Positions 40,479 to 51,612 of a stretch of DNA of 64,000 bases are shown in pieces. Each line of letters begins with the position of its first letter. Position 1 is the stretch's first letter. Below the pieces are notes generated by a model, which made no database searches, was not told where the DNA came from, and was given only the letters and a program-made list of their open reading frames with translations. A program made the translations under genes and the position numbers. This DNA is from Camelus dromedarius (Eukaryota), in the NCBI RefSeq assembly GCF_036321535.1, contig NC_087446.1, positions 62,806,001 to 62,870,000 of the forward strand. Direction: 5' to 3'.

Positions 40479-43400
40479 TTAGGCAAAGATGTTGGTAATA
40501 AAATCCAGGAATCGCTTAGCATACTGCTCAGGATGGACAGTCGAGATCTCTGCCCCCGCCTGTGAGAAGAGGTATGGAAGATGGTGTCAGTGCCCGCCTT
40601 TCCCATTCCCCGCCCTCTGTGCCATCCAGACCAATTCCATACCCAACCCCTCGTTCTTTTGCCACCCCACTGCTCTGACACGACTCTCTCTTCCCAAAGA
40701 ACAGTCAAGACAGGAAAGGAAAAGACTTGAGAGAACCCTCACCCCATGCTTGACAGTTTTGGCGGCATGAGCTGCTTTCTTCTTGGCATCATACTGTGTC
40801 AGGATGTCAATGAGGCCCATGAAATAAACCTCCTTCTGGGGGGCCCCTGGGTGGAGAGACCAGGGGAAAGAGACCAGCAGTGAACAGCAAGTGTAGTCCC
40901 AAATCCCTCTCGCCAGGAACCAGTCAGATCTGTGAAAAGCTAACCAGCTTCTCCACCCACCACCCTGGTCCCCGTTCCCCAGGAACTACCCTCCCCATCC
41001 TTAAAATTTCCAGGATCTCTCACCCTCCGCGCTCCGGATGGCGTAGACATCAATGAAGGATTCAAACTCTCCAGGGCCCAGGGGCCGGTGGGAATGGATG
41101 TAGCCGCCGATACCCTCAGGGGAAGTGCCGTAGGAGCCCACCAGAGCAGGAGGCCCAGTCAGGCCGCAGTCCCCATCCCCCTCTGACTCCTCCTCCCGCA
41201 CAGGTCCCTCCTCCTCCGGTTCAGAGCCCCGAATGATGTCATGGATGCCCAGCAGAAGGCTGTAGTCCATGATCTTCAGCTGCACTAGGAACTGAGACCC
41301 CAGTGACAAATGAGATGCCTCAGATCCTCCTCTCCACTCCCAAGTACCACCCTTATACCTCCACCCCTGAATTTCTGGGGCCCTCCTGGGGAAGTGTAAA
41401 AATTGAGGGTTGGGAGTATACTATTGCCCTTTGTTACCTAAATGTCCTGGTATCTAAGATCATCCTTTTAGCTCATTCCAGCCACTTCCTCCATAGGTCA
41501 CCGCTAGGGGTTTTCATGTCTCATACCCAACTCCCCTACATGCAGAAAACCCAAAGGGAAGGGAAGGAGTTCCCTCATATTGTGAATGAGAGAGACAACT
41601 GCCCTGTGGGGAGCAAAAAAGGGAAACAGAGCCATTTCCCCGAGCACCCCAGTCATCACCTCCACATCTCTCTTTAGCTTCTCTAGAAAGACCTTCTTCT
41701 CCTCTTCACCAATATAGACTTTCTGGTTCTTGTTGAGAAAGTCCATATCCTTAAGGGTGGGCAATTCTTTCACCTGAGAATAGGTAAAGGGACGTCTTGC
41801 GACCGCAGCCCCTCCCCCGCGGTCGCAGCGAGCCCTGCTCCATCTAGGGCTCCGTCTCTAACTCGGGGCCGCCAGGGGAGAGAGAGTCACGGCCCAGCTC
41901 TCATCTGGCTCCGTGCTGCGGTGCTGCCCAGTCTGTTCTCACCGCCAGTGGCTCCCCCAGCCTCAGTCACTGCAGCTACACCTGCTTTTCGCCTATGGTT
42001 TTCAGTCCAGACCCTCCAAGCTGACTTTTCTTTCTTCCTCTTAAGCAGAAACAGCTGCTTGAATATGAAAGCTCAGAATGCAAGGTGGCAGGTAAGCATC
42101 TGGCTCTTGAAGTCCCCGAACCTTCCCCATGGAATAACCCGTGCCAGTGACAAAGCAGCTCTTCCCGCCGCTCCTCCCCAACAATCCCTGGATCAGTGAA
42201 AGTTCATATCTCTCTTCTCTTTGGTGGTTTAAGATAAAAATAAATAGCCGGTGATCCCTACTTCTTTATCCTAAGAAGATCCCTTTCACCTGCCCTCCCC
42301 TATCCCTCACCCTGTCACTTAAAATTATATCACCTTCTCCTTATCGCTGGCTTCCCGGGACACTAGCGAGCCCTGTGAAGAGACCCAAAGACTAAGTCAG
42401 CAAAAATGGCTAAAAGAACAGCCAGAACCCAGCTCCTAAGACAAGTGCTTAAACCCACAGCCCTCTTTCCTTTAAAATGAGTCATCGAGTGCCCTCCCTG
42501 GCCCTTCCCCACTCTCAGGTCATCAGGAGCCTCCCCGCTCCAGTGCTCACCATCCTCCCCTTACCTTGAGGTCATACTTCCTGTGCACAGGAAGACGATG
42601 GCTAAACATGTTGCGCATCACAAGCATGTAGCTGTCCTCGTTGTCCACGCTAACCCGGTACATGCCCAGGAACTGGGGCAGCAGCGTGCTGCCATGGCAC
42701 TTCACAATGTACTGCGGTGGGAGGGAGGAAGGGAGGGGGAGTCTGAGCAGCAGATACACAAACAGCCCAGGGATGGGAATTCAAATGCTACTGTTCCACA
42801 GGGAGGCAGAAAACTTCAAGTAAGAGGTTACAGAAGGTCCAAAGTGGTGGGGGCTTTCTAAAGATGCCCCTGGTTATTCAGTTTCTGAATCCTCATCTCT
42901 GGTTTATTCTGTTTGTATGTCTCCTAATTTTAAATGTTAATGTTGTGTTTCATCTTTATTATTCCTGGAGACAGGGAAGGCATTACTATCCTTGTTTTGG
43001 ACCTTCCTTATGTGTAAGTGATCACGGAACCAGGATTAGAAATCACATCCCTTTATCAACAAAATGATTTTATCTAGACCGATGTTTCTTGGTGAGCTAG
43101 ATTCCCGTAGCAATAATGTTTGCATGATATGTCCTATAATTTGCATTCTTTTTTAAAAATTTATATTTTTTTTGGAAGGGGGAGGGAGGTATAATTTGCA
43201 TTCTTAAAAAAAAAATTCCTCTTTCAATGCCACCGTCTCAGTATTGCTGCCCACTTCTCTCCATAGCCAACCTTCTCAGAAAATTAGTCAGCCATCAATC
43301 CACTTCCTCTTTCTCATTCACACCTCAAGTCACCGAAATCAGATTTATACCCTCATTTCTCCTCTGAAATTTCCCCACTCCTTACTGCTTCACATCCCTC

Positions 43401-46400
43401 AGTTGTGAAATCTAACGGGTCCCTAGCACTATCATATTTCAAGTGGTGGCCCTAGATACTACTGCCCAGCCTCTCCTTTTAACTCTTCACCCTGAGCTCC
43501 CATCACACTGCTCTGATTCTCCTCCCCTCTGCCTCAAATCCTGTATGGAATGAAGCAGGGAATAAATCATTAGAAGCATCCATCGACTCTCAGTCTCCTT
43601 AATGGGTTCTCTTCTCTATTTGCTCCTTAAGGTTCTGTCCTCAACCTTCTTTTCATTTCACCCTGCACTTCCCTTCAATAATCTTGTCTAAATTCAGTGA
43701 TAATTAGCACCTATTTACCTATAACTCTGAAATCTAGAATCCAAGTCTAATTCTCTTTCCTGAAACCCATACCCCAATCACTTACTGGACATCTATACCT
43801 GGATGACTGCAGAACCCAAACTCAGCATGCCTAAATCACAACTGTCTTCCTTCAAAAACCAATTTCTTTTTCTGCTTCCCAACTGTTGGTGAATGGGCAC
43901 CTAGTCATCCCCAGCCAGGAATTTGGGAGTGCCTTTGCCTTAATTCCCACAATTCTCTCAAAGGTCTTCCTTTCCATGTCCACCGCTGTCACTCCTCCAG
44001 GCCTTTGTCATTTCTCACCTGGACTATTATAATTACCTCCTAACTGGTATCTCCACTCCCAGTATTTCCCCTCTGCAATCCAGTCTCTAAAATGCTGTCA
44101 CGGGGATGTTTCTAAATAACATATATATCACTCCGCTGCAAACCACCTTCAGGATGAAGCCCAAGCTCTTTGTGTGGCTTATAAAACCCTTCCCAGTCTG
44201 GCTCCTGCCTAACTAATTTTCCACAATGCCTCATCCCAGCCACACGGAATTTCCTGTGGTTCTGCAATGCCAAGCTCTCTTATGGCTCTGTGTTTTCCTT
44301 TGCCTAGAATGCTCTCTTCCATCTTGTCCAATGGCTAGTCCCTACTAGTCATTCAAGAATCAACTCCCAGGATACTCCCTCTAAAAGACTCTCTTTGAGC
44401 CTCCCAAGTGCACCTCTTGCCCCAGGTGAGCCAGGATGCTCTTCCTCTGCCACCCAGGGCATTCTGAAGGTACCTCTGCTCCTTGCACATGTCTTGCTGG
44501 TGTGCTGGCTTACCGGGCTCTACCATTAGACCAAGAGATCCTCCAAGGCCATGGCCGTTTCATTCACTTCTTTCTCTACTGTCTAACGTAGAGCCTGATA
44601 ATAACAGGTATTCAATATCTGCTGAATAACCAAAAAGTTTCATTCACTTCTTTCTCTACTGTCTAACATAGAGCCTGATAATAACAGATATTTAATATTT
44701 GCTGAATAACCAAAAACTCTTTTTAGACTCTTTCATTTATTCCTTGCTCATTGATTTTGATGAGATTTTTCTTAAGTAGAAAGATATTCAGTCATATTTT
44801 TATTCCGAAAATATTCCAGGCACTTCACATTCCAGATTCATCTGATCAGACAAAACAGGTTCCCTAATCCCAGTTAGAGCTGGATATGATCATGGCATCT
44901 CCTCTCCAGTTTATCCCATTTATCCTGGTTTTCTCCCCAAACTGCATCTGTCCCTGATAGTACATTGGGTATTAACACTTCACCCAAGTCTGACTATAGT
45001 TAATCCTTTACTCTACGTGTGCCCTTTCTGTATCAATCCACAGTGGTTTTAGGTTGTAAGCACCAAATGAGAAGGAACATGTCTAAACTCTTCTAGTTAG
45101 TGAAACACAAAGAGGCATATAGAGGCTCTCTTTGTGAAATGCCTAGTTTTCAAAAGCATGATGTCAAGTGCTTCTTGGGGAGCAACATGGGTTTTGGGAG
45201 GAAGAGGGGAAGGGTATCTCCCCATGCGCTCTGGCCGCTAAGCTGAATGGGGAGGGGAGGGGAGGAATGAGGCTGGAGAGAGGCTGACCTGGTGGTAGTT
45301 GGAGAGGTTGCTGTGCATGTCAGCAATGTCCTCACTGGATACTTCTTTGATGACCAGAGTCCGATCATAGGAGATAAGGAAGCGACCGTCACTGCCTTCA
45401 GTTTCACTCGGGGGGCTTCGGGTTAGGGACACCTGGGGACACAGAATAGGCTAGAGGCTCTTTTCTTTCCCCTTTATATGGAGAAGTAAGTCATAGGGAT
45501 GGTGGTCACTGAGCACATCTGAAAGTGGATAGAACCCTAGCATAAGAGGATGAGCAGGAGTTCTAACTCTAGTGTCCATAGTTGGACTAAATGAAATTGA
45601 AAGCAAAATTTTTAATGTATCTACATTTTTCCCCCAAGGACAGGGTTTACAGCTTTCATCAGATTTTGGAAGATGCCTGTGACCACAGAAAGGTTAAGAA
45701 TCATACTGGTCAAGGCCCTCACTTCTCCAAACATCACAGTCCCAAGGATTCCCCAGTTGTCAGGGAGAAAGGACTGCCCTCACCCCATAACGGACTCTCA
45801 CCAAGTAGTCCTGGTCATCAATGCCAAATCGATCACGGAGGTTCCTGAAGACCTGGGGACAATATTCCTTGAACTTGAAATGACTGGGCAGATTTTCCCT
45901 GCAATAGGGGTTTTCAAGATAAGAAAACAAATTAACAATATTACCTTACATTTATATAGGGCTAGACAGTTTGTAAAACACCTTCACACGTATCATCTTA
46001 TCTGATTCTCATAAAACCCTAGTGAGGGCCTTTAAAGGTGTATTATTCCCATTTTATAGAAGGGGAGACTGGCTCAGGGTGGTTGAGTGACCTGCTTAAG
46101 TCTTGTGACTTACAGTAAGTGGCTTAAGCAGAACCAGGATCTACTGCTCATCCAAACAGCAGCATTTCCCAAATCTCGAGTGAGTCAGAGACACCCTTAA
46201 ATCAGTAACAGGCGCCCGTTTTGAATGGCCTCTCCTGCTCCTAGGAGGGCTTAGAGGACTCGGGTAATTCTTTCAGGTTGTCCCTCTTAGATGCTAACGT
46301 ATGGCATCCAAACGTATCTACCCAGGGAATCACCAGGCTAGAGGTGAGATAAACTAGTACATGCAGCTAAGGGTGTAGGGAACACTGGAAATTATTTTAG

Positions 46401-49400
46401 TGGCTTCTTTACACAACACAATTAAATTTCTGCATTGGGAAGATTAGACAATACAGTACAACTTGTAAGTTGCCTTCTAGATCTAAAACCTTTAACGCAT
46501 TGAATCTTAACTCTGAAAATTATTTTTTACTCTCTTCTAGGAAGGCTGACACGAGAAGGGTGGGGATTCCTCTATACCTGTGGAAAAGGTGATTGTTGAC
46601 CTTGATTTTGGAGCTGGCTTTAAAGTCGTCAGGCAGCAGCATCACCGGGGGAGGCACCTGGCTGAGCTCATTGATCTGATAAGCCAAAACAAGAAGAGAG
46701 AGGCAGTGAGCAGGGGTGTGGAGAGCAGGTTATACACTGTGTCTGGGCAAGAGTCAGGAAAGGGCAACTCAAACCTCATTCCTTTAAAAACACTGGTTAT
46801 GCAGAGGTGAGGGAATGTCTGACCTCTTCTGCTGCCTAACAAGGCCTGCAGGAAGCAACCCTTGCACACAGCCCCTCACTCACACTCCCGCCCCCCTGGA
46901 ACTTCATGCTTACAACAGTCATTGTATATTAGGCAAACCCTGCAAGCAACTCAGGACTATTTTTAAAGCTGTGAGAAATTCTAGAGAAAAAAGATACCCT
47001 TGGCAGACTCAAGACATTCAAAACAAACAGTTCCATGCTCCACTGGAAACAAAACAAAATGCATTTTCAAAGTACAAAGAGTTAATGAGAGTCTGAGGGG
47101 TCAACCGCTGGAAGAATGAAAAGGCCATATCCGAAGGAGGCGCCTCCCTTCAAACAGGACCAGTCTTTCCAGACCACTCTGACCCAGTTCTCTGCAATAG
47201 ATCCGCACCTGCCTAGGTGTAAAGTAAAAGAAAAGCAGATGATTTCAGTGGGAATGCAGGCAGGTGGAGGATATGAGACCATTAGGAGTCTGTTCACTAA
47301 AGGCAAGACAACCCACAGCCCAAAGGATGCAAGAAGCATCACATGCTCTCCTCAGCCCCCAGAATCAGCAGTCTGCTAATTCACGGTGGAAAAGGAGTTC
47401 CTGCACTAAGGAACCCTGAGGAGATGTGCTTTCTGCCCCGTTGCCACAGTGTCCTTCACCCATCTTTAACAGTGCACTTACCACGCGACTTTAATCACTA
47501 GTTTATGTGGGTTCTCCACCTAGGTTGTGAGCTCTTCCAGGGCAAGAACCAGTTCTAGTCATCTACATCTCTCAGGTGCCCAGCTAACACAGCATCTGGC
47601 ACACGGTGGTCCTGACATGTTTATTAACTGAATAAACGGATGCCTTGTCTATCCTTACTTGATCGTTCGACAGAGGTTATGAAGTACAGTCTAACCTACA
47701 TCCCATAACCTGCAGTGAAACCCAGCTCCTCTCATTCTCAGTAGAAAAGGAGGACAGAACATATTCCTCCAGGGGAAAAAAAAAAAAAAAGCAAGCCACT
47801 AGAGATTCCCAGCCTCAAATTCAGCTATAGTTCTTCATGCCCCCTCCTCGCCACCTGCTGTTAAGCAGGCTGAATCATCACTAAGACATATGTTCAAGGA
47901 ATTTCTCTATTCCAGACACTTAAAGTAAATGTGTGCTGGATAGAGAGTAGGGTACTGGGGCTAAAGTATATAGACCTAGGGAAGCTGAGGCAGGTCATAT
48001 GTGTAATTCCCCAATCCTTATCAAAGGAAAGCCCTCCTTGTTAAGCTTCCCAAAGGGATGGATGGACCTGGAAGGTACAGAAGAGAGGCAGTCCTACCTC
48101 CCATCAGCCTTGCCCATATCAAGTGCCTTAGACCGAATACTCCCGGATAAGACACCACCACCCAGGGAGATGGGAGCCACCCACAGAGCCACAGATGCAA
48201 AAGGGGGTTGACTGACCCCAAATGACATTTTAAGCCAGACATTAAGAATGTGACAAAAACTGCATTCTTCCTCATCCTCTTCCACCTCCACAACACTACC
48301 ATGACTATAACATTTCAAGGAAGATGAAGTTTTAAAATATTGCCTGTCCAATTCAAGGTCACTCCATCTTTCCCACTCCAGATCTGAGGGAAGCGGAGCG
48401 ATGGCTGTGTCAAATGAGTTACCGTCAGGAAAGGAGATGCGCTGGCCTCTTTGGCCTCCTGATTTCCAGGTCATACGGTCTACGGCAATTCCCTGCTTGT
48501 AAAATTCACCACCATAGTGTTCCCAGCACCAGAGCTCCTGGGTCATCTCTTTGGTCAAAGATGGCCCTCACTTAAATAAATACCATCACTCCAGCCAGCA
48601 ATAGGTTGCAGTTAAGACCAAAGGCTTATATACATTAAGTCCTGTTTTGCTTAGGGTGGGGCAGCTTCTCTGAAACGCTGTACCTCTGGAAGGGAAAGGA
48701 AGGGACATGCAGGCTTAGAAGGTCCAGGAAGCCTGGAGCTTCCCCCAAAGCCAAGGTTCCAAAGTCAAGCACAGCGGCTGGAAAGCAAGGTGCAAAGGAA
48801 AGTGAACTATCCCCCTCATCAATCACCCTCCCTGCTCCGCTTCTAGTCACACTCACACTCTCACCGGAGACCTCACCACCAACCCAAAAGAGCCACTCCC
48901 CCTAATGTCCTTCCAGACGGAGGCGGGTCCCGGCCGGTCTTCGTGGCCTGGGGCTGAGGCTGGAACTGGCAGGAAGGAGGCAGGGAGCTGGATTTCAGGT
49001 GGGGAAGACGGAAACAGAGAGAAGTAAACGGCAGAGGGAGGGAGGAAAGGTCCATGTTTAAAAAAACAGAGGTCTAGAGCAAGAAGGTACGCTGAGGGAA
49101 CATCTGGAGGTAGGTGGGCAGGGACCAGGACGGCCCGGGGGGAAAGTGGCGGCGCGAGGGGCTCCGGAGACGGAAGCCGGGAAACAAGGACGCCCGGAGG
49201 CGCAGGAGCTGAGCGGTTCGGACAGGGCCGCCGCGGGGCGAGGGCCGGGTCTCACCGAGTGGGCTACGCCCCAGAGGAACACGCCCACCAGCGGGTCTGC
49301 CGCCCGGAACACCTTCACCTTCTGCTGCACGAAATGCTTCTTCTTGGTTTTGGAAGCGAAGCCGAAACCCGTGCCGGGGGCCGCTGTCGCCGCCGGTACA

Positions 49401-49426
49401 GAGGCCGGCGGGACCGAGGACGCCAT
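40479..49426 (-). CDS. PIP4K2C: Phosphatidylinositol 5-phosphate 4-kinase type-2 gamma, 420 aa
   Basis: Exons 49426-49256, 46675-46578, 45898-45802, 45432-45289, 42711-42565, 42372-42334, 41773-41660, 41291-41024, 40846-40743, 40559-40479. Total 1263 nt. PIPK motifs [53 protein letters not shown]. Confidence 0.97.
43151..43189 (-). mobile_element. 39-bp retrotransposed micro-insertion with a perfect 16-bp TSD
   Basis: TATAATTTGCATTCTT occurs at both 43135-43150 and 43190-43205. The insert on the minus strand is CCTCCCTCCCCCTTCC-AAAAAAAATATAAATTTTTAAAA. Confidence 0.75.
43210..44716 (+). mobile_element. Long L2 (LINE-2) remnant in PIP4K2C intron 4, with a tandemly duplicated 3' end
   Basis: L2-typical motifs (cctcaaactcagcatgcctaaa-like, ttctcacctggactatt, ttcaggatgaagcccaagctc, cctagaatgctctc). 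An 80-bp tandem duplication lies at 44557-44636 / 44637-44716. Confidence 0.75.
45950..46140 (-). mobile_element. MIR fragment (another at about 42920-43040)
   Basis: ttattcccattttatagaaggggagactggctcagggtggttgagtgacctgcttaagtc matches the MIR core. Confidence 0.65.
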
Positions 49427-49760
49427 AATCTCCAGCGCACCCCACCGAGTGGAAGCCGGAGCCGGCCGCGCTGCGGGCTCCCGACCCCGGAAGCGGCGCT
49501 CACCTGAGCCTCTGTCACGTGACCGGAGGCCGGCCCGCAGGCGCGCGAGCGGGGCGGGGCGGGGCGGGCTGACTCCGCCCCCTGGCGCCGGCCCGCCCCG
49601 CCCCCACGCCCGCGCGCTGGGTGGGCGCACCTGGCGCCGGGGGAGGCGCGCGGAAGCTGTGTTCGCTGAGGGCTGCGCGCAGTCCGCGAAGACCTGACCG
49701 GCGACCCGGGCGATGAGGATGCCACCTGATTAGCCCCTCGGTCGAGGGCTTCTTTGCTGC
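49060..49760 (-). promoter_or_regulatory. PIP4K2C: CpG island / promoter of PIP4K2C
   Basis: Tandem GC boxes at about 49551-49568, ETS motif CCGGAAG at 49487-49493, palindromic GTCACGTGAC at 49514-49523. Confidence 0.85.
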
Positions 49761-50029
49761 AAGGTTGCCGCCTTCCGGTTTTGCCCAGTTTCCAGAATAA
49801 CCTCCCGTCTGAGGCTAACCCGAAAGCATTTCTTCACAAAGCAGGAGATCCCTTAAGCGGTTTTTGTGCTTTTAGAAGGACCGCTCAGGCATCATTCTAG
49901 AAGGTGTCCGGAGTATTGCGAACGTTTAGGCACAAGATGAGGAACTAAAACAGTGGCTACTGGGATAGAAAGAAGGGGATGGCATCTAGAGGTATAGTTT
50001 CATGTCGATTTGGAAAATTCTCAGAGAAT

Positions 50030-50700
50030 GAGGAATTTTAGGGAAAGGGAGACGTTGAGAATGAATCCCAGGCTTCTGGCTAAGGTGAAAAGAGATGGCG
50101 GTGACATGAAGAGGAGTCTTTGGTGAAAACATGAGTTGGTACGTGTTTACACCTGAGGGCAGCTGGACGTATGGTCCCAGAGCTCACCAGAATGGTCTGG
50201 GCTGGAGATACGGATTTAATAATTGTCGTGGAATCTGTCGGGGTGGATGACACCTCCCAGGGAGGGCAAGCAAGGACCAAGGGCTGAACCCCGGTGTAGA
50301 CCAGCACATGAAAGGCTAGTGGGAGAAGGCTGAGAAGGGGTAGCCAGAGAAGTAAAAGGGGCCAGGAGAGCAGGTCACAAAAGCCAAGGGAGTCGAGTTT
50401 CAAGAAGGAAGGAATGGAGAGCAGTGTCAGATGTCATGGAGAGGTGCCCATTGTTTTTGGCAGCTAGTAACCTTTGGAGAGTACTTTCAGCACAACAAGA
50501 GCCAGATCAAGTTGGGCTGAGGGATGAATGGATGGTGAGGAAGCAGGGAGGGGAAGCTTGGGACTTTTTCAGGGAATTTGGCTGTGAGAAAACAAGGTGG
50601 GGAGTGGCTTATAGAGAAACACACGGTCAAACCCACTTTGAAGGTAGACCTTACCGAGAAGGGAAGAAATCACTGAGACAGAAGTTAACAAAGAAGATGT
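50030..50700 (-). mobile_element. L2 remnant upstream of the PIP4K2C promoter
   Basis: Antisense L2-like motifs (gaatcccaggcttctggc, gctggagatacggattt, agtttcaagaaggaagg...gcagtgtcagatg). Confidence 0.6.
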
Positions 50701-51601
50701 AAACTGCCCAAGTCTGCATCACTTTTACTATTTTATATATTGGGTCTATGTAAGTATCTCAGGAATGAAGGATCTAGAAATGACTTGATTTAGTCCAGAG
50801 AAGGGAGATGTATCCCTTGTGAGAAGGGAGAAAGGAAAGGATCTGTGTAGACTGAGGTGTGTAGGTGGGAGGGGCATGAAGAATTAAGTCACCTTAATTT
50901 CCCTTTTAAAGCAGACAAAGTTATTGCCTGAGAGGAGGGTGAGAAGGGATGTTGAGGCGTGAGGGTTTTGCCAGTTGCTCTGGGTGGTGGGAGAAGAGCA
51001 GGAACACACAGAAGGAACTGTGCCAGCACAGAAGATCCAGTTAGCTCTGTGGCTCTTTGTTTTTAATTGCCCCGATGTTTTGGTTGTGAGGTTTTCTCCA
51101 CACATCTCAGAAGCTTTGAGTAGAGAAGACAGGCAGGGCTGTGCTCTAAAATGGAGGTTAGAAGGGTGATTGTGGTGAATGATCTTGGGACAAGAGAACT
51201 GAGCTCTCGGCAAGGGAGGGACGGAGCTGCACTAGAGAGGGATGGAACTGATGCTGGGACTGAGGATGGTCTGGGGGAAAAATGAAGAGAACAGGATACC
51301 ATCTTTTGTTAAAAATTACAAACAGCTTGGATAGATGTCCACCAATAGTAGAGTGGTTGAATAAATTACAGGATAAGTTTATGAAAGATTATATATTTTA
51401 ATGAGGTAAATGTGTATTTTGACATAAAAAGATTTCTAGGATATATTGTCAAGTGGGGAAAAAAAAAAAACCCTGCGTGGAAATATGTAGAAAAACACCC
51501 AGAAGGACATATACCACATTGTCATAACACCATTACATGCAGGGAAGGGAGTGAGACTGGGGGAGGGTAAAGATTTACGACACCTTGGAGTCATCATTGA
51601 A

Positions 51602-51612
51602 TTTATTTTATT
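51602..51612 (-). terminator. KIF5A: Distal polyadenylation signal(s) AATAAAATAAA of KIF5A
   Basis: tttattttatt on the plus strand at the end of the roughly 2.3-kb 3' UTR exon that starts at acceptor 53896. Confidence 0.65.

Noticed and set aside
48094-48558. 154-aa ORF in PIP4K2C intron 1 with an acidic EEDEEEC-x2-CH motif
   Set aside because: TTG start, no complete RING or other domain that I recognise, and no TSD or polyA of a retrocopy. A few ORFs of this length are expected by chance in 64 kb. A tBLASTn hit to a known gene would reopen it.
49058-49725. Overlapping 120-190 aa ORFs at the PIP4K2C promoter
   Set aside because: Only 49426-49256 is real coding sequence; the rest is CpG-island open frame.
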